From a virus (lineage: Duplodnaviria > Caudoviricetes), in IMG/VR virus record IMGVR_UViG_3300025437_000009: DNA of 64,000 bases. One strand, written 5' to 3'. Below, in pieces: positions 17,602 through 27,536 of this stretch. Position 1 is the first letter of the stretch. Each line of letters begins with the position of its first letter. The position numbers were made by a program, and so were the translations under genes. Below the pieces are notes generated by a model that was not told where the DNA came from, made no database searches, and saw only the letters and a program-made list of their open reading frames with translations.

Positions 17602-18336
17602 TTATTTATCGGCCACTACAACCAGCTCGTGAATATTTGAAACCAAACCTGGAGAAATTAATGCAATAAAAGTAGTGACACTAGGATCATTTGTGTAAAA
17701 ATATCCATTCCACATGTAGCTACTAGATTTGGTTAGCATGGTCAAAAATCCATTGGGTATTTTAACCATTTCTGGCCCAAGAGAATTAAGATAGTTTAGT
17801 ATGCTGTCCTTAACGTCTTTCGAATACTTACCATCACGGAGCACAACTTTATGGCTATAGCCAAGATTCTTTTTGCGTATAATAGCACCAGAATCTAATA
17901 AATTCTTTGAAGTATCATCTTCTGGGCCAGTGATATTTTCAATATAGACGTGGTCTTTGGGACTAAAATATGTATCAATTATAGTTGTTAATTCTTCTTC
18001 GGAATTAGCGTATAGTTGTAGTCGAGGCTCTTCAATTCGCATTTTAATATTAGGTAATCGCTGATGCCTTAAGGCTTTCATACGCTCAAGGAATTCAGGA
18101 TCAGCCTTGTCTATATTTTTTGCTAGTCTTTCTCCCCACCATCCTTTGATATTTACGGATAAGACTCTGCGATGTTCTAATTCATCAACCACTGACCTTT
18201 TACTGTCTACAGCACGACCAGCTGGACAAAATACGATTAATCTATATAGATACCGCCCATAAAACTTTTTAGAAGTATGATCCCGTACAATCTTAGGATT
18301 GTACAGAATCCATTTTGATATATCCATTAGCATCAA
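17602..18336 (-). CDS. hypothetical protein
   Basis: 244-aa ORF overlapping the clpA end; exact start uncertain. Confidence 0.65.
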   Translation of the reverse strand: MMLMDISKWILYNPKIVRDHTSKKFYGRYLYRLIVFCPAGRAVDSKRSVVDELEHRRVLSVNIKGWWGERLAKNIDKADPEFLERMKALRHQRLPNIKMRIEEPRLQLYANSEEELTTIIDTYFSPKDHVYIENITGPEDDTSKNLLDSGAIIRKKNLGYSHKVVLRDGKYSKDVKDSILNYLNSLGPEMVKIPNGFLTMLTKSSSYMWNGYFYTNDPSVTTFIALISPGLVSNIHELVVVADK

Positions 18337-20581
18337 TCATAGGAGTTGCTGGGATAAATTGACCCAGAGCAGTAAATTCAAAAGCATCATCCCGCCAATC
18401 GACTTCAATTACGGTGTGTGCAGGAATAGTGTCGAACAAAATCTTTTTACTTAGTGGTACTTTAATCAAATCGTTAATCTTACGACCTAAAGGACGAGCA
18501 CCCATTTTACTATCGTAGCCAACTTCAGCTAAATGATCTGTTGCTGCTTCAGTTAACCGAATCTTCAGTGATTTTTCACTTAGTAGATCATTCATTTCGT
18601 TAATAAACTTAGCAACAATCTTCTTAATACTGATAGTATCTAACTTATTAAACTTACAAACACCATCTAAACGATTGCGGAACTCTGGTTTAAAGAAGTC
18701 TTTAACTGCTTTGTCATCTTCACCAGACTTTTGTAATTCACGACCAAAGCCAATGTTATTACGTTCGTTATCTGCAGCACCAAGGTTACTGGTAAGAATA
18801 ATAATGGCGTTACGTGCATCTGCTTTTTTACCGTTACTACTTGTAATAGTACCTTCGTCCATTAACTGTAGTAAGATATTCATTACATCCGGGTGTGCTT
18901 TTTCGACTTCGTCAAATAGAACAACACAGTTAGGATTCTTTTCAATGTCGCTGATTAATAATCCGCCACCAAGATTTGAGTCATCATATCCAACATAACC
19001 TGGAGGAGCACCAATTAATTTAGCGGCTGCATGCTTTTCTTGATATTCACTCATATCGTAACGTAGCATCTTCATGCCCATACCTTCGGCCAACAATTTA
19101 GCAAGTTCTGTTTTACCAGTACCAGTTGGTCCCAGGAATAAGAAATTACCAATTGGTTTGTTCATTGATTTTAGTCCAGCACGTGCTACATAAATTTTAT
19201 CCAGGACTGTATCTACTACAGAATCTTGTCCGTATAGTTTAGTTTTGATTGTTTCTTCCAGCCCCACAAGACTTTTAGTTGATTCAGATCCAATTTGTTC
19301 TGCGGGAATCTTAGTAAACTTACTGATAATGTCAACGATATGACTCTTACGCACAGTCCATGCTATGGCATTAATTTTTAATTTAGCTGCGGCTGTGTCA
19401 ATTAAGTCAATGGCTTTGTCTGGTAACTTCTTGTCTGGTTGATAACGAACACTCAAATCAACAGCGGCATCAATAGCTTCATCACTGATTGACCCTTCGT
19501 GGAATGCTTCAAAATATTCTTTAAGGCCATGTAAGATTTCTTTAGCTACTGCGGGAGTTGGTTCCTCGATGGTCATACGTACAAAGCGACGCATAAGGGC
19601 ACGATCTTTTTCAAATGATTGTGTGTATTCTTCCCAAGTGGTTGATGCAATAACTTTAATTTGTCCTTTGGCCAGTGCAGGTTTAATCATATTAGCAAAG
19701 TCTACTGAACTGTTACTAGCTGAACCAGCTCCACGCATTTGATGTGCTTCATCAATAAACAAGATGCACTTGCCTTTGGCCTGTAGTGCACCAATGACAT
19801 CTTTAAACTTTTCTTCAAACTCACCACGATATTTAGATCCAGCAAGCAATGACCCAATATCTAAATTCCATACTGTGTAGTCGCGTAAGTATTCGGGAAC
19901 ACTACCCTCAACAATATTGCGGGCAAGTCCTTCGGCAATAGCTGTTTTACCCACACCGGCATCACCAACCATTAAGATATTACACTTGTTACGTTTGGCC
20001 AAGACCTGTGCTATTTCATCTAGTTCAAATTCACGTCCGACTACTGGATCAATTTTACCGTCTTTGGCCTGCACATTTAAATTTTCACAGTATTCACGTA
20101 GAATATCATCGGCACGTGCATTGGCCGGCAAACGTTTGGCTTTACTTTCTACATAATTTTGATTATAGAATTCAACCAATTGACTGCGTTCTAATCCATA
20201 TTTGATAAAGAAATAACTTGCGTGGCTATTTGCTTCGCTGGCTATACTTAAAAAGATATCAATGACTTGTACATGATTACGTCCACTAAACAGGACCTGT
20301 GTAAATGCACGATTAAAAATTCTTTCAAGACTGTGAGTTTTCTTTGGAATATGATCTGCGTCAGGGGAAACTAGATATGTTTGTTTATTTAAATAATCCT
20401 CGAGGTCTTTAACTAGAGCATCAGCATCTATACCATAGGCCACAAGTAAATCATTAAATGGTTTAAATGTTACAAGTCCGTGTGTTAAGTGTTCTATGGT
20501 AACATATTCGTGGTTATAATTTTTTGCTAGATCAGTTGCACTAGCAATAATAACTTCAATTTCTGGATTGTGTTGGATCAT
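18293..20581 (-). CDS. clpA: ClpA-like AAA+ unfoldase
   Basis: Clp N-domain; two Walker A motifs (GDAGVGKT, GPTGTGKT); FIDEAH; LFDEVEKAHPDV; GARPL. Confidence 0.93.
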   Translation of the reverse strand: MIQHNPEIEVIIASATDLAKNYNHEYVTIEHLTHGLVTFKPFNDLLVAYGIDADALVKDLEDYLNKQTYLVSPDADHIPKKTHSLERIFNRAFTQVLFSGRNHVQVIDIFLSIASEANSHASYFFIKYGLERSQLVEFYNQNYVESKAKRLPANARADDILREYCENLNVQAKDGKIDPVVGREFELDEIAQVLAKRNKCNILMVGDAGVGKTAIAEGLARNIVEGSVPEYLRDYTVWNLDIGSLLAGSKYRGEFEEKFKDVIGALQAKGKCILFIDEAHQMRGAGSASNSSVDFANMIKPALAKGQIKVIASTTWEEYTQSFEKDRALMRRFVRMTIEEPTPAVAKEILHGLKEYFEAFHEGSISDEAIDAAVDLSVRYQPDKKLPDKAIDLIDTAAAKLKINAIAWTVRKSHIVDIISKFTKIPAEQIGSESTKSLVGLEETIKTKLYGQDSVVDTVLDKIYVARAGLKSMNKPIGNFLFLGPTGTGKTELAKLLAEGMGMKMLRYDMSEYQEKHAAAKLIGAPPGYVGYDDSNLGGGLLISDIEKNPNCVVLFDEVEKAHPDVMNILLQLMDEGTITSSNGKKADARNAIIILTSNLGAADNERNNIGFGRELQKSGEDDKAVKDFFKPEFRNRLDGVCKFNKLDTISIKKIVAKFINEMNDLLSEKSLKIRLTEAATDHLAEVGYDSKMGARPLGRKINDLIKVPLSKKILFDTIPAHTVIEVDWRDDAFEFTALGQFIPATPMIDANGYIKMDSVQS

Positions 20582-20589
20582 AAAAATAT

Positions 20590-21450
20590 TTATTGTGGAT
20601 TAGTTAATGAACGAACTATTTCTAATTGTTCTGTAGTAAGGTTTTGTGGTACAGTCAATGCTACTTCAACGTATAAATCTCCTCGACGATCTGAATTTAA
20701 TTCGTATAAACCTTGTTCTGGTAATCTAAATTTTATACCAGGTTGAGTTCCGGCAGGTAAAGTTAATATAAATGTTTTGCTATCTAATCCCACTATGGTA
20801 ATATCACCACCTGCTGTTGCTAGTAAACAGTTTACACTAGCTCGGTGGTATAAGTCAATGCCATTGGTAATAAATCCGTCGGCATTATGTACTTTAAAAT
20901 GAACATAAAGGTCACCTCGAGGTAAAGTATTGAATAAATTATCTCCAAGTCCGGAATATTTAATTTGTGTACCATTGGTCACACCCCTTGGTATTTTAAC
21001 TTCTACTGTTTCACGATGACCGTTAGTAGTCTGTACACTGATAGTTTTTGATTGTTCTTCTAAGGTTGTAACTAGGGGTAATGCAATTTCAATACGCAGG
21101 TCTTTGTTGCGTCTTTGTTGTTGTCTAGCTTGTGCAAAAGGATCTCCGCCAAACCCAAAACCAAAATTTCTAAATATTTCGTCAATGTTGGGATGATTCA
21201 CGCCACCACTGTGCCAACGGAATATCACATTCTCATCACCGACACCACCACCAAAGCCATTACGTTGCATGTCATAGTGTTGACGTTTATTTGGGTCACT
21301 GAGTGTGTCGTATGCTTGTTGTATTTCTTGAAACTTGGCCTTGTCTCCACCCTTGTCAGGATGATGCTGACTAGCTAGTTTTCGATAAGCTCGTTTGATT
21401 TCGTCGGGAGAAGATTTGTCCCCAACCCCTAAAATTTCGTAATAATTCAT
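20590..21450 (-). CDS. dnaJ: DnaJ/CbpA-like co-chaperone
   Basis: J-domain with HPD, G/F-rich region and C-terminal domain; no zinc finger. Confidence 0.92.
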   Translation of the reverse strand: MNYYEILGVGDKSSPDEIKRAYRKLASQHHPDKGGDKAKFQEIQQAYDTLSDPNKRQHYDMQRNGFGGGVGDENVIFRWHSGGVNHPNIDEIFRNFGFGFGGDPFAQARQQQRRNKDLRIEIALPLVTTLEEQSKTISVQTTNGHRETVEVKIPRGVTNGTQIKYSGLGDNLFNTLPRGDLYVHFKVHNADGFITNGIDLYHRASVNCLLATAGGDITIVGLDSKTFILTLPAGTQPGIKFRLPEQGLYELNSDRRGDLYVEVALTVPQNLTTEQLEIVRSLTNPQ

Positions 21451-21456
21451 AGTGCT

Positions 21457-21485
21457 ATTATAAATGAAAAAGCCGGCAGAGTCAA
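21457..21485 (-). promoter_or_regulatory. sigma70-like promoter of dnaJ-clpA
   Basis: TTGACT-17 bp-TATAAT. Confidence 0.75.
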
Positions 21486-21497
21486 CTTACCGGCTAT
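21466..21497 (-). terminator. intrinsic terminator overlapping the promoter -35
   Basis: AGCCGG/CCGGCT stem followed by a T-run on the minus strand. Confidence 0.65.
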
Positions 21498-21515
21498 CAA
21501 ATTGTAGAAAATGGA

Positions 21516-21671
21516 TTATTTCTTTTTCTTGGCAGGTGCAGTTGGTTTATCGTCTGCAACCTTGATTGATGCTTCTGCTTTTTTATGCTTTTTAATTTCT
21601 TTTTTTGGAGTAGCGGCAACTGCTGTAGTAGCGATCATCGCCATGATTAAGATTGATAATAGTTTTTTCAT
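21516..21671 (-). CDS. 51-aa secreted Lys-rich peptide (not in ORF track)
   Basis: MKKLLSILIMAMIATTAVA signal peptide then ATPKKEIKKHKK...; AAGGA SD. Confidence 0.7.
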   Translation of the reverse strand: MKKLLSILIMAMIATTAVAATPKKEIKKHKKAEASIKVADDKPTAPAKKKK

Positions 21672-21682
21672 TTTTAAATTCC

Positions 21683-22357
21683 TTACATTAAAGGTTGTGT
21701 TGTTTGAGGTACAACTTTTTGTCCGCTTGCGTTTAAAGTTGGGGTTGTTGGTGTGGTTGAACCGAAGCCACCTGTAGTCGGTGTAGTTGCGGTACTACCA
21801 AATCCACCTGCACTAGCGCCGCCAAATGAACCTGTGGCTGGTGTTGAACCAAAACCACCTGCGGATGCGCCACCAAAACCACCACTGCTTGCTCCGCCAA
21901 AGCTACCTGAGCTTGCGCCGCCGAAGCCCCCGGTTGATTGGCCGCCAAATCCACCACCCATACCTGAGTTCATACCTCCGCCAAATCCACCACCCATACC
22001 GCCACCCATACCACCACCCATACCACCGGCCATGCCAGCTGGTACACCACTCATGTTAGTAGTGTTAACAGAAATTTGTTCTGTAGCTGTTGGATTAGCT
22101 GCTGTGCCTGCTAGTTTTTCTTGTGTTCGACCAAATGCTGAAATACCTAATACAGCACCCATAGCAATGTGAAATAAGCCAGCACCTTGAAGTGTTAACG
22201 GGTTCCACTGTGTAATAGGTACATGGTTCATACCTTGCCATAAGGCCCATAGTACTGGAAACACCATCATGTCTGCGACGCATATTAACATATACATCCA
22301 GCCCATCATTGGACGCCATAGAGTCTGCATCCAATCTTCTCTTTTATTCTTTGACAT
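21683..22357 (-). CDS. holin-like membrane protein (GTA 3TM type) with Gly/Phe-rich tail
   Basis: WRPMMGWMY and AVLGISAFGRTQEK motifs; GGFGG/GSFGG repeats. Confidence 0.6.
   Translation of the reverse strand: MSKNKREDWMQTLWRPMMGWMYMLICVADMMVFPVLWALWQGMNHVPITQWNPLTLQGAGLFHIAMGAVLGISAFGRTQEKLAGTAANPTATEQISVNTTNMSGVPAGMAGGMGGGMGGGMGGGFGGGMNSGMGGGFGGQSTGGFGGASSGSFGGASSGGFGGASAGGFGSTPATGSFGGASAGGFGSTATTPTTGGFGSTTPTTPTLNASGQKVVPQTTQPLM
21940..22030 (-). repeat. short tandem repeats encoding GGMG/GGFG
   Basis: Repeated CCACCCATACC units on the + strand. Confidence 0.8.
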
Positions 22358-22391
22358 ACCTAGCTCCTTATAATTGATTTTATAAGTGTAT

Positions 22392-22589
22392 TTATGCGTA
22401 AGTGTTAGTATTTTGTGGGGTTAGCTCGTGTGTTACTTGATCTTGGGCATTGTATACTTTAACAGAATGTGCATCAGTTTGATCTTTAGCAAATCCTAAT
22501 GCTTCTTCAAGTTCCTCAAATAAATGATCTGTAAAATGTAGGATGCCATTGATCCAACTGTGTTTTCTTACTTTGTGTGACATACTCAA
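22392..22589 (-). CDS. 65-aa protein, tandem paralog A
   Basis: HKVRKHSWING...TYA; similar to the next ORF. Confidence 0.7.
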   Translation of the reverse strand: MSMSHKVRKHSWINGILHFTDHLFEELEEALGFAKDQTDAHSVKVYNAQDQVTHELTPQNTNTYA

Positions 22590-22592
22590 TCC

Positions 22593-22790
22593 TTAAGCGT
22601 ATGTGTCAGGCGTTTGTCCTGATAAATTGTGTGTAATATTATGTTCGTGATCAAAAACTTTAATACTATCTGCCATTTCGACGCTGTTGGCAAATGTCAG
22701 TGCTTCGGCTTCTGAACCAAAAAATGCATCTTTGACTTCTAAACGACCATTGCGCCAGTGATGTGTTCTCACTCTGTGTACTCGGCTCAT
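22593..22790 (-). CDS. 65-aa protein, tandem paralog B
   Basis: HRVRTHHWRNG...TYA. Confidence 0.7.
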   Translation of the reverse strand: MSRVHRVRTHHWRNGRLEVKDAFFGSEAEALTFANSVEMADSIKVFDHEHNITHNLSGQTPDTYA

Positions 22791-22791
22791 A

Positions 22792-23850
22792 TTATTTTTC
22801 CTTAAATTGCGTAGTCCATATACGCTTTGTTTTATCTGTGTATTTAGTTAAATTACGCTGATTAAACCATACGTTAGTTTGTGGACGTCGATAAGTTCTT
22901 AGTAGGACGTTGGCTATTTGACTGCTTTCTGTGGGGTCGGCCCAACAAAAACGTGTTGCCCAAGGAATTTCATTGCAACCTACAATAGGTACACCTTGAC
23001 TAATCAAATCTGCTGACACAATGTTAAACGTTTCTGAAAAATTACATTGCATACCGATATCCATACTAGCACAGGTTTTTAAGAATTCTTCACGTGGAGC
23101 CCATTCGTGCCCAATTAGCTGATGTCCAGTGTCGGCCAATTGCTGGAAAAATCCACGTAGATTATGTAGCACAGGACTGCCCTGCATTTCAACACGGCCC
23201 GCATTGATATGAAAACGCAACTGTTTACCAATTTTGTTAGCAAACTTTAGTGCCGCTACTGCTTGCACCATATGATTTTTTAAGGGACGTACTGCACCAA
23301 AGCACGCAATGTCTACCCAATACTTGTTGCGATCAAATTCTTTAGTTACATAGTCTTGTGGATAGTAATTTGGAAGATAGAAAATACGACTATCGGTTTC
23401 TGTTTGACCCCATCCTTTTTTAGTACTCAGGTATGTTCTAACTTCGTCAAGCATACGTGGAGCATTTACACCAATATCAATCTGTGGGAAATTGATATAA
23501 TCCCCTAACCAGTCCATGGCCATACCTTCACCAGCCATAAAGGGCATTTCTGAATGCAGTCGAATGATCCATCGAACACCAGGATGTAGTTTGGTTAAGA
23601 CACTAAACTTACTAGGAACTACCCATAGTGCTTCAACAATAACATGTGTTGGTTGATGCTTGGTTACTAGCCTATCAATACAGTTATTATCAATAGCAAC
23701 TTCAATAGTAGTGTCAATACCTAGGTCATTCAACATTTCAACCATAAAGTTGGCAGAATTAAATAGGCCAGTTGACAGGCCTAGGGGAGAATGTTTGACA
23801 GGATTGAAGTCTTCTCGTCTCTTGAGAATAAACAGTATTTTTGTTTTCAT
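22792..23850 (-). CDS. probable GT-B glycosyltransferase-like protein
   Basis: FGAVRPLKNH and SETFNIVSADLISQGVPIV patterns. Likely start MKTKILF; TAAATA at 23872-23877. Confidence 0.55.
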   Translation of the reverse strand: MKTKILFILKRREDFNPVKHSPLGLSTGLFNSANFMVEMLNDLGIDTTIEVAIDNNCIDRLVTKHQPTHVIVEALWVVPSKFSVLTKLHPGVRWIIRLHSEMPFMAGEGMAMDWLGDYINFPQIDIGVNAPRMLDEVRTYLSTKKGWGQTETDSRIFYLPNYYPQDYVTKEFDRNKYWVDIACFGAVRPLKNHMVQAVAALKFANKIGKQLRFHINAGRVEMQGSPVLHNLRGFFQQLADTGHQLIGHEWAPREEFLKTCASMDIGMQCNFSETFNIVSADLISQGVPIVGCNEIPWATRFCWADPTESSQIANVLLRTYRRPQTNVWFNQRNLTKYTDKTKRIWTTQFKEK

Positions 23851-23914
23851 TGAAAATCCACAGTATAACACTATTTATGTTTTACTGTGGATTTAAATGT
23901 TACAGATTGATTTA

Positions 23915-24304
23915 TTATTGTGCTGGAGCGTCAACTACTGGAGCTGGTGCTGGAGAAACAATTTGACTCTGTTGTGTAGCTAAGTCAGCGGCATGAGCAG
24001 CAGCTAATGTCTTATATTTCTCAACGTCAGCTTCGGCAGCGGCACGTGCGGCATTGGCGGCATCAACTGCCGTTTGATGCAGTTCAGCGGCCTTGGTCAA
24101 TGCGTCTTGCAAATCTGCTTTTAGTTTGTTGACTAAATCGTTTGCGGCTAGCGCATCTTCGCGAGCTTGATCAAAAACTGTTTTGACTTCACCCAAAATT
24201 GCGTGTTCGATTTTTTGTACTTCGTTGATAACTGCCGTCTCAACAGTCTTGGCTTTGCTAAATGCTCCTAATAGTGCATCTGCAATTTTCTTTTCAATAC
24301 TCAT
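23915..24304 (-). CDS. Ala-rich coiled-coil protein
   Basis: ORF track; GGAG SD. Confidence 0.65.
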   Translation of the reverse strand: MSIEKKIADALLGAFSKAKTVETAVINEVQKIEHAILGEVKTVFDQAREDALAANDLVNKLKADLQDALTKAAELHQTAVDAANAARAAAEADVEKYKTLAAAHAADLATQQSQIVSPAPAPVVDAPAQ

Positions 24305-24314
24305 TTGATTCTCC

Positions 24315-24572
24315 TTAGATTGCTCCAGCGATCAGTAACAGACCGTTGATGCAAGTATTTAATGTTTCTTTAAACTGCAACTGGCTCATATCCTGGATAA
24401 TTTCCAATTGTCGTTGCACGTCTTTTAGCGTTTCCGCTAGCTCTTGTGGACTTAACTGTCCAGATTGTGCTGCTTGTGTTGCTTGTGCTACATAATTTGC
24501 GGCATTGGCAAAGGTAGGATCACCTGAGTTTACCAGTGCTGCTAATTGGTTGTTGATATCATCTAATGTCAT
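24315..24572 (-). CDS. hypothetical protein
   Basis: ORF track; coupled to neighbours. Confidence 0.6.
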   Translation of the reverse strand: MTLDDINNQLAALVNSGDPTFANAANYVAQATQAAQSGQLSPQELAETLKDVQRQLEIIQDMSQLQFKETLNTCINGLLLIAGAI

Positions 24573-24973
24573 CTTGGTCTATTCCCTAGAACGTGTTGTA
24601 TTGTATCGGCACTATGCTCGATTCCTTCAAACTTCAATTTGCAAAAAAATGGGCTGACTGGCGTACCTGTGTTGTATTGTGTAACTAACCCCTGAGCTAT
24701 TTCGTTTAAGGCTTTAGCAGCTTTAGTACCATCGCCGTTACTAGGTAAGTTTTCACTGTAGGCTTCGAATAACTCAGTCTTTTGTGCCATAGCTACAGCA
24801 TTAGGTTGGCTCATAACAGGATTACCGCATGCTTGAGCATAGTGTCGAGCATCAACACGTATTTCAGATATTAGCAGATATTCGTTAGGATCATACTTGG
24901 TCATAGTCACTGCATCATATACAGCACAACCAGATAAATTCAATACAAATAGGGCTAATATGAGTCTGCGCAT
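24569..24973 (-). CDS. lipoprotein
   Basis: Signal peptide with lipobox LSGC. Confidence 0.7.
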   Translation of the reverse strand: MRRLILALFVLNLSGCAVYDAVTMTKYDPNEYLLISEIRVDARHYAQACGNPVMSQPNAVAMAQKTELFEAYSENLPSNGDGTKAAKALNEIAQGLVTQYNTGTPVSPFFCKLKFEGIEHSADTIQHVLGNRPR

Positions 24974-24974
24974 A

Positions 24975-25532
24975 TCAAAACCAAAGCCAGAGGCCTTGAC
25001 TCATTAATAGTAGGCCTGTGCCGGCAACTAAGAAGCTGGCCCAGAACAGTTCCATACGTACTGCCAAGATACTGGCAGATAGTAGCACGATTGCTAACTG
25101 ATATGCAGTTGACGCATAGCCAATCCAGGGTGATTTCTTTTTAGCTAGGTCGCGTTCTGCTTCTAGTCGTTTAGCGTGTGCATACAAGGCCTTCTTGCCT
25201 TCTTCACCTTCTTCGTAGCTAGCGGCTTTGTCACTAAACTTTTTAGCCAACACAGGATCTTTAACTGTTAATGCAGTTAGTTCATATTGTGTTTGCTTGA
25301 TCGATTTAGCTTGATAAAAGTTCCAAAGATCGTTTGCTTTAATAGTGTTGTTCATTACTGTTGAACTAAGACCGCCACCGATAACTGTGTTGAATGCCAA
25401 CAATGCGGCAAACACGTTGATGACCATACCTGCTTTGTCTTTGATCTTTGCTTCACGTTCTGAACGTGAGCCTGTTAAAGGTTCTTTGCGACCTTTACTA
25501 ATCATGTTTAATACTGAATCAATTAATGCCAT
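24975..25532 (-). CDS. DUF4337-like membrane protein
   Basis: W.FYQAKSIKQ motif and flanking TM helices; likely start MALIDSV. Confidence 0.6.
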   Translation of the reverse strand: MALIDSVLNMISKGRKEPLTGSRSEREAKIKDKAGMVINVFAALLAFNTVIGGGLSSTVMNNTIKANDLWNFYQAKSIKQTQYELTALTVKDPVLAKKFSDKAASYEEGEEGKKALYAHAKRLEAERDLAKKKSPWIGYASTAYQLAIVLLSASILAVRMELFWASFLVAGTGLLLMSQGLWLWF

Positions 25533-25546
25533 CTTCCGCTCCTTTA

Positions 25547-25819
25547 TTATTGTAGGCCTTGCCAAATTTTTTGTTGGGTATTATACCAGTTTTGCCAACC
25601 TTCATACTTTTCTTTGAGTATGTAGTATTGTGTATAGTTTTCGTTTGAATTTTCAATCAAATCGCTTAGGTTTCTCTGCTCAGGCGCTAAGGGAGTTAGC
25701 TCCGGTGCTGGTTGTTGTAAATCTGTAGGTGCTGTAGGCCACTTTGGAATAATCTGTGCTTGATTACTAGCACAGGCCGTGAGTGCAAACATTATACATA
25801 CCAAAATTAATCTTTTCAT
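25547..25819 (-). CDS. o-spanin (Rz1-like lipoprotein)
   Basis: Lipobox LTAC, Pro-rich, follows the i-spanin and endolysin. Confidence 0.65.
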   Translation of the reverse strand: MKRLILVCIMFALTACASNQAQIIPKWPTAPTDLQQPAPELTPLAPEQRNLSDLIENSNENYTQYYILKEKYEGWQNWYNTQQKIWQGLQ

Positions 25820-26289
25820 TTCTTAGTATCCAATATTTTGCTGCCCGAATTTTTTACAGCACGGTTATAATCTTCCCATGCATCGTCGTTAAGTTTTGCA
25901 CAGTCACGATCAATCTTAGCCTTATCTTTTGTGATAATCTGCTTAACACCATATGCTCGTCCGTTCACCAGATGTTCATTTGCAGCTAATGCATCTGCTA
26001 GTTGTTTGCTAGCATCTGCACTTGCTTGTTCGGCTAGCTGAGTTTTCTGTTGAGCTTCTTGCAGGGCCTGCTGTTGAACAGCAATTACTCCAGCACCGCC
26101 ATAAAAGAACACACCCAGAACAAATACTATAAAAGCAACGGGACGTGCTATTAAGGCATACAGTCTAACAGGTGGAATATGGCTAGCAATACCAGCAATG
26201 ATGTAGGTAGCTACACCACCACCGGCCATAACGGGAAATACCCAGGTGGGTATGTTACCTAAGAAGTGATTGACTATTAGTTCAAACAT
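25816..26289 (-). CDS. i-spanin (Rz-like)
   Basis: N-terminal TM helices then a coiled coil; lies between the endolysin and the lipoprotein. Confidence 0.6.
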   Translation of the reverse strand: MFELIVNHFLGNIPTWVFPVMAGGGVATYIIAGIASHIPPVRLYALIARPVAFIVFVLGVFFYGGAGVIAVQQQALQEAQQKTQLAEQASADASKQLADALAANEHLVNGRAYGVKQIITKDKAKIDRDCAKLNDDAWEDYNRAVKNSGSKILDTKK

Positions 26290-26924
26290 TATGATTGTAG
26301 TATCTGTAGGGCTCGTTGGTAGTGAGCAATACGCTCATCTAATCCAAGGAATCCACCGTTAATTTTGTGTGTCATGGTTTTCATGTCACCGGCATCAGCA
26401 ACATCATTTAAACTGTTTGCTTCCCAGAACCAACAAGCTGACTGTACACAACCTTCAAAGGTCAACAAAAACTCGCTGACCTGTTCTGGTGTACTATCGA
26501 TACTTTGTCCAAATGCTGTATAGTTGGCACGACCAGTGAGCTGAATCAAGCCACGACCACAAAAGCGCCATCCGTCTCCACTAGCTTCGTCACCGTTACC
26601 CATGCGATTAGCGTAGATGCGATTAGCAATAGCTTCTTGTTTGTTAGGTTGCGAACAGTATTGTTGAATTTCATCCATACCGCTAAAATGATGACCAAAT
26701 AACTTCATTAGAGTCTCTGGACGATAGTTTAGATTTTCTTGGATTGCTGTATAGCCAGCAGATTCTACTGCTGTCTGACCTAAAAAGGCCGCAACACGTG
26801 CTACAGTACTGATGTCATAGTCAGGTAATACTTTGCATAATGCCTCGTACCAATGAGGTACGTGCTGATTTTGTGGCAAAAATTGCTGTAACTGGTCCTG
26901 AGTAAAATTGAATTGAAACGCCAT
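26289..26924 (-). CDS. glycoside hydrolase family 19 endolysin
   Basis: AAFLGQTAVES, ENLNY, GRGLIQLTGRANY, SACWFW, INGG..GLDER. Confidence 0.9.
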   Translation of the reverse strand: MAFQFNFTQDQLQQFLPQNQHVPHWYEALCKVLPDYDISTVARVAAFLGQTAVESAGYTAIQENLNYRPETLMKLFGHHFSGMDEIQQYCSQPNKQEAIANRIYANRMGNGDEASGDGWRFCGRGLIQLTGRANYTAFGQSIDSTPEQVSEFLLTFEGCVQSACWFWEANSLNDVADAGDMKTMTHKINGGFLGLDERIAHYQRALQILQS

Positions 26925-26987
26925 AGCTAACTCCTTACTTGATGTAAGTATTTAGCAATTTATACTATTTGAGATATTACAACTGTG

Positions 26988-27536
26988 TTAGCGTATGATT
27001 CCAGCCAGATTTCTTAGAGATTCTGTGTAATCATTTTTGGGTGCTTTGGTAGTAACTTCTACACCTGCTACAGCTTTTAGTTTGTCAATGGCTTCTTGAC
27101 CGTATTCTCTCTCGTAGGCTTCTGGAGTTAGGGGAATTAAGTCTTGTAGGGATTCTAGGCTTAAAGCAGTTTCTTTGTGAGCTTTATAGTAACGTACACG
27201 CCAATCTTCAATTTGTTGATCAGTTACATTCATTAGGTCATTCATCAAGCTCATGATATTTTCGGGAGCAGATTTGTCACGATCAAGTTCAACAAACACG
27301 ATATAACTACCGTCTTCCATTTCACCTGAACTGAGGTCGGCATCTAAAACCCAGTCGTAGCCTTTTTCAACAAAACTAACCAGATCAGCAGCTGATTCTT
27401 TGGCACTGAGTTTAAAACTTAGTACAATAACGTCTGAGTCGTCGCCCAGTTTGCTTTTAAATTCATCAACGTGTAATTCAGGGTGAACCAAACGCTTTAG
27501 ATCGCCTAGTTCTAGGCCTTCAAATAACTTATGCAT
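26988..27536 (-). CDS. hypothetical protein
   Basis: Likely start MHKLFEGLE (ATG 27536). Confidence 0.65.
   Translation of the reverse strand: MHKLFEGLELGDLKRLVHPELHVDEFKSKLGDDSDVIVLSFKLSAKESAADLVSFVEKGYDWVLDADLSSGEMEDGSYIVFVELDRDKSAPENIMSLMNDLMNVTDQQIEDWRVRYYKAHKETALSLESLQDLIPLTPEAYEREYGQEAIDKLKAVAGVEVTTKAPKNDYTESLRNLAGIIR

Noticed and set aside
21740-22050. Homology to nucleoporin FG repeats
   Set aside because: Compositional similarity only.
21733-22334. Pro-rich and other alternative ORFs over the holin-like gene
   Set aside because: Antisense or off-frame shadows of the Gly-rich repeat, with no RBS or promoter.
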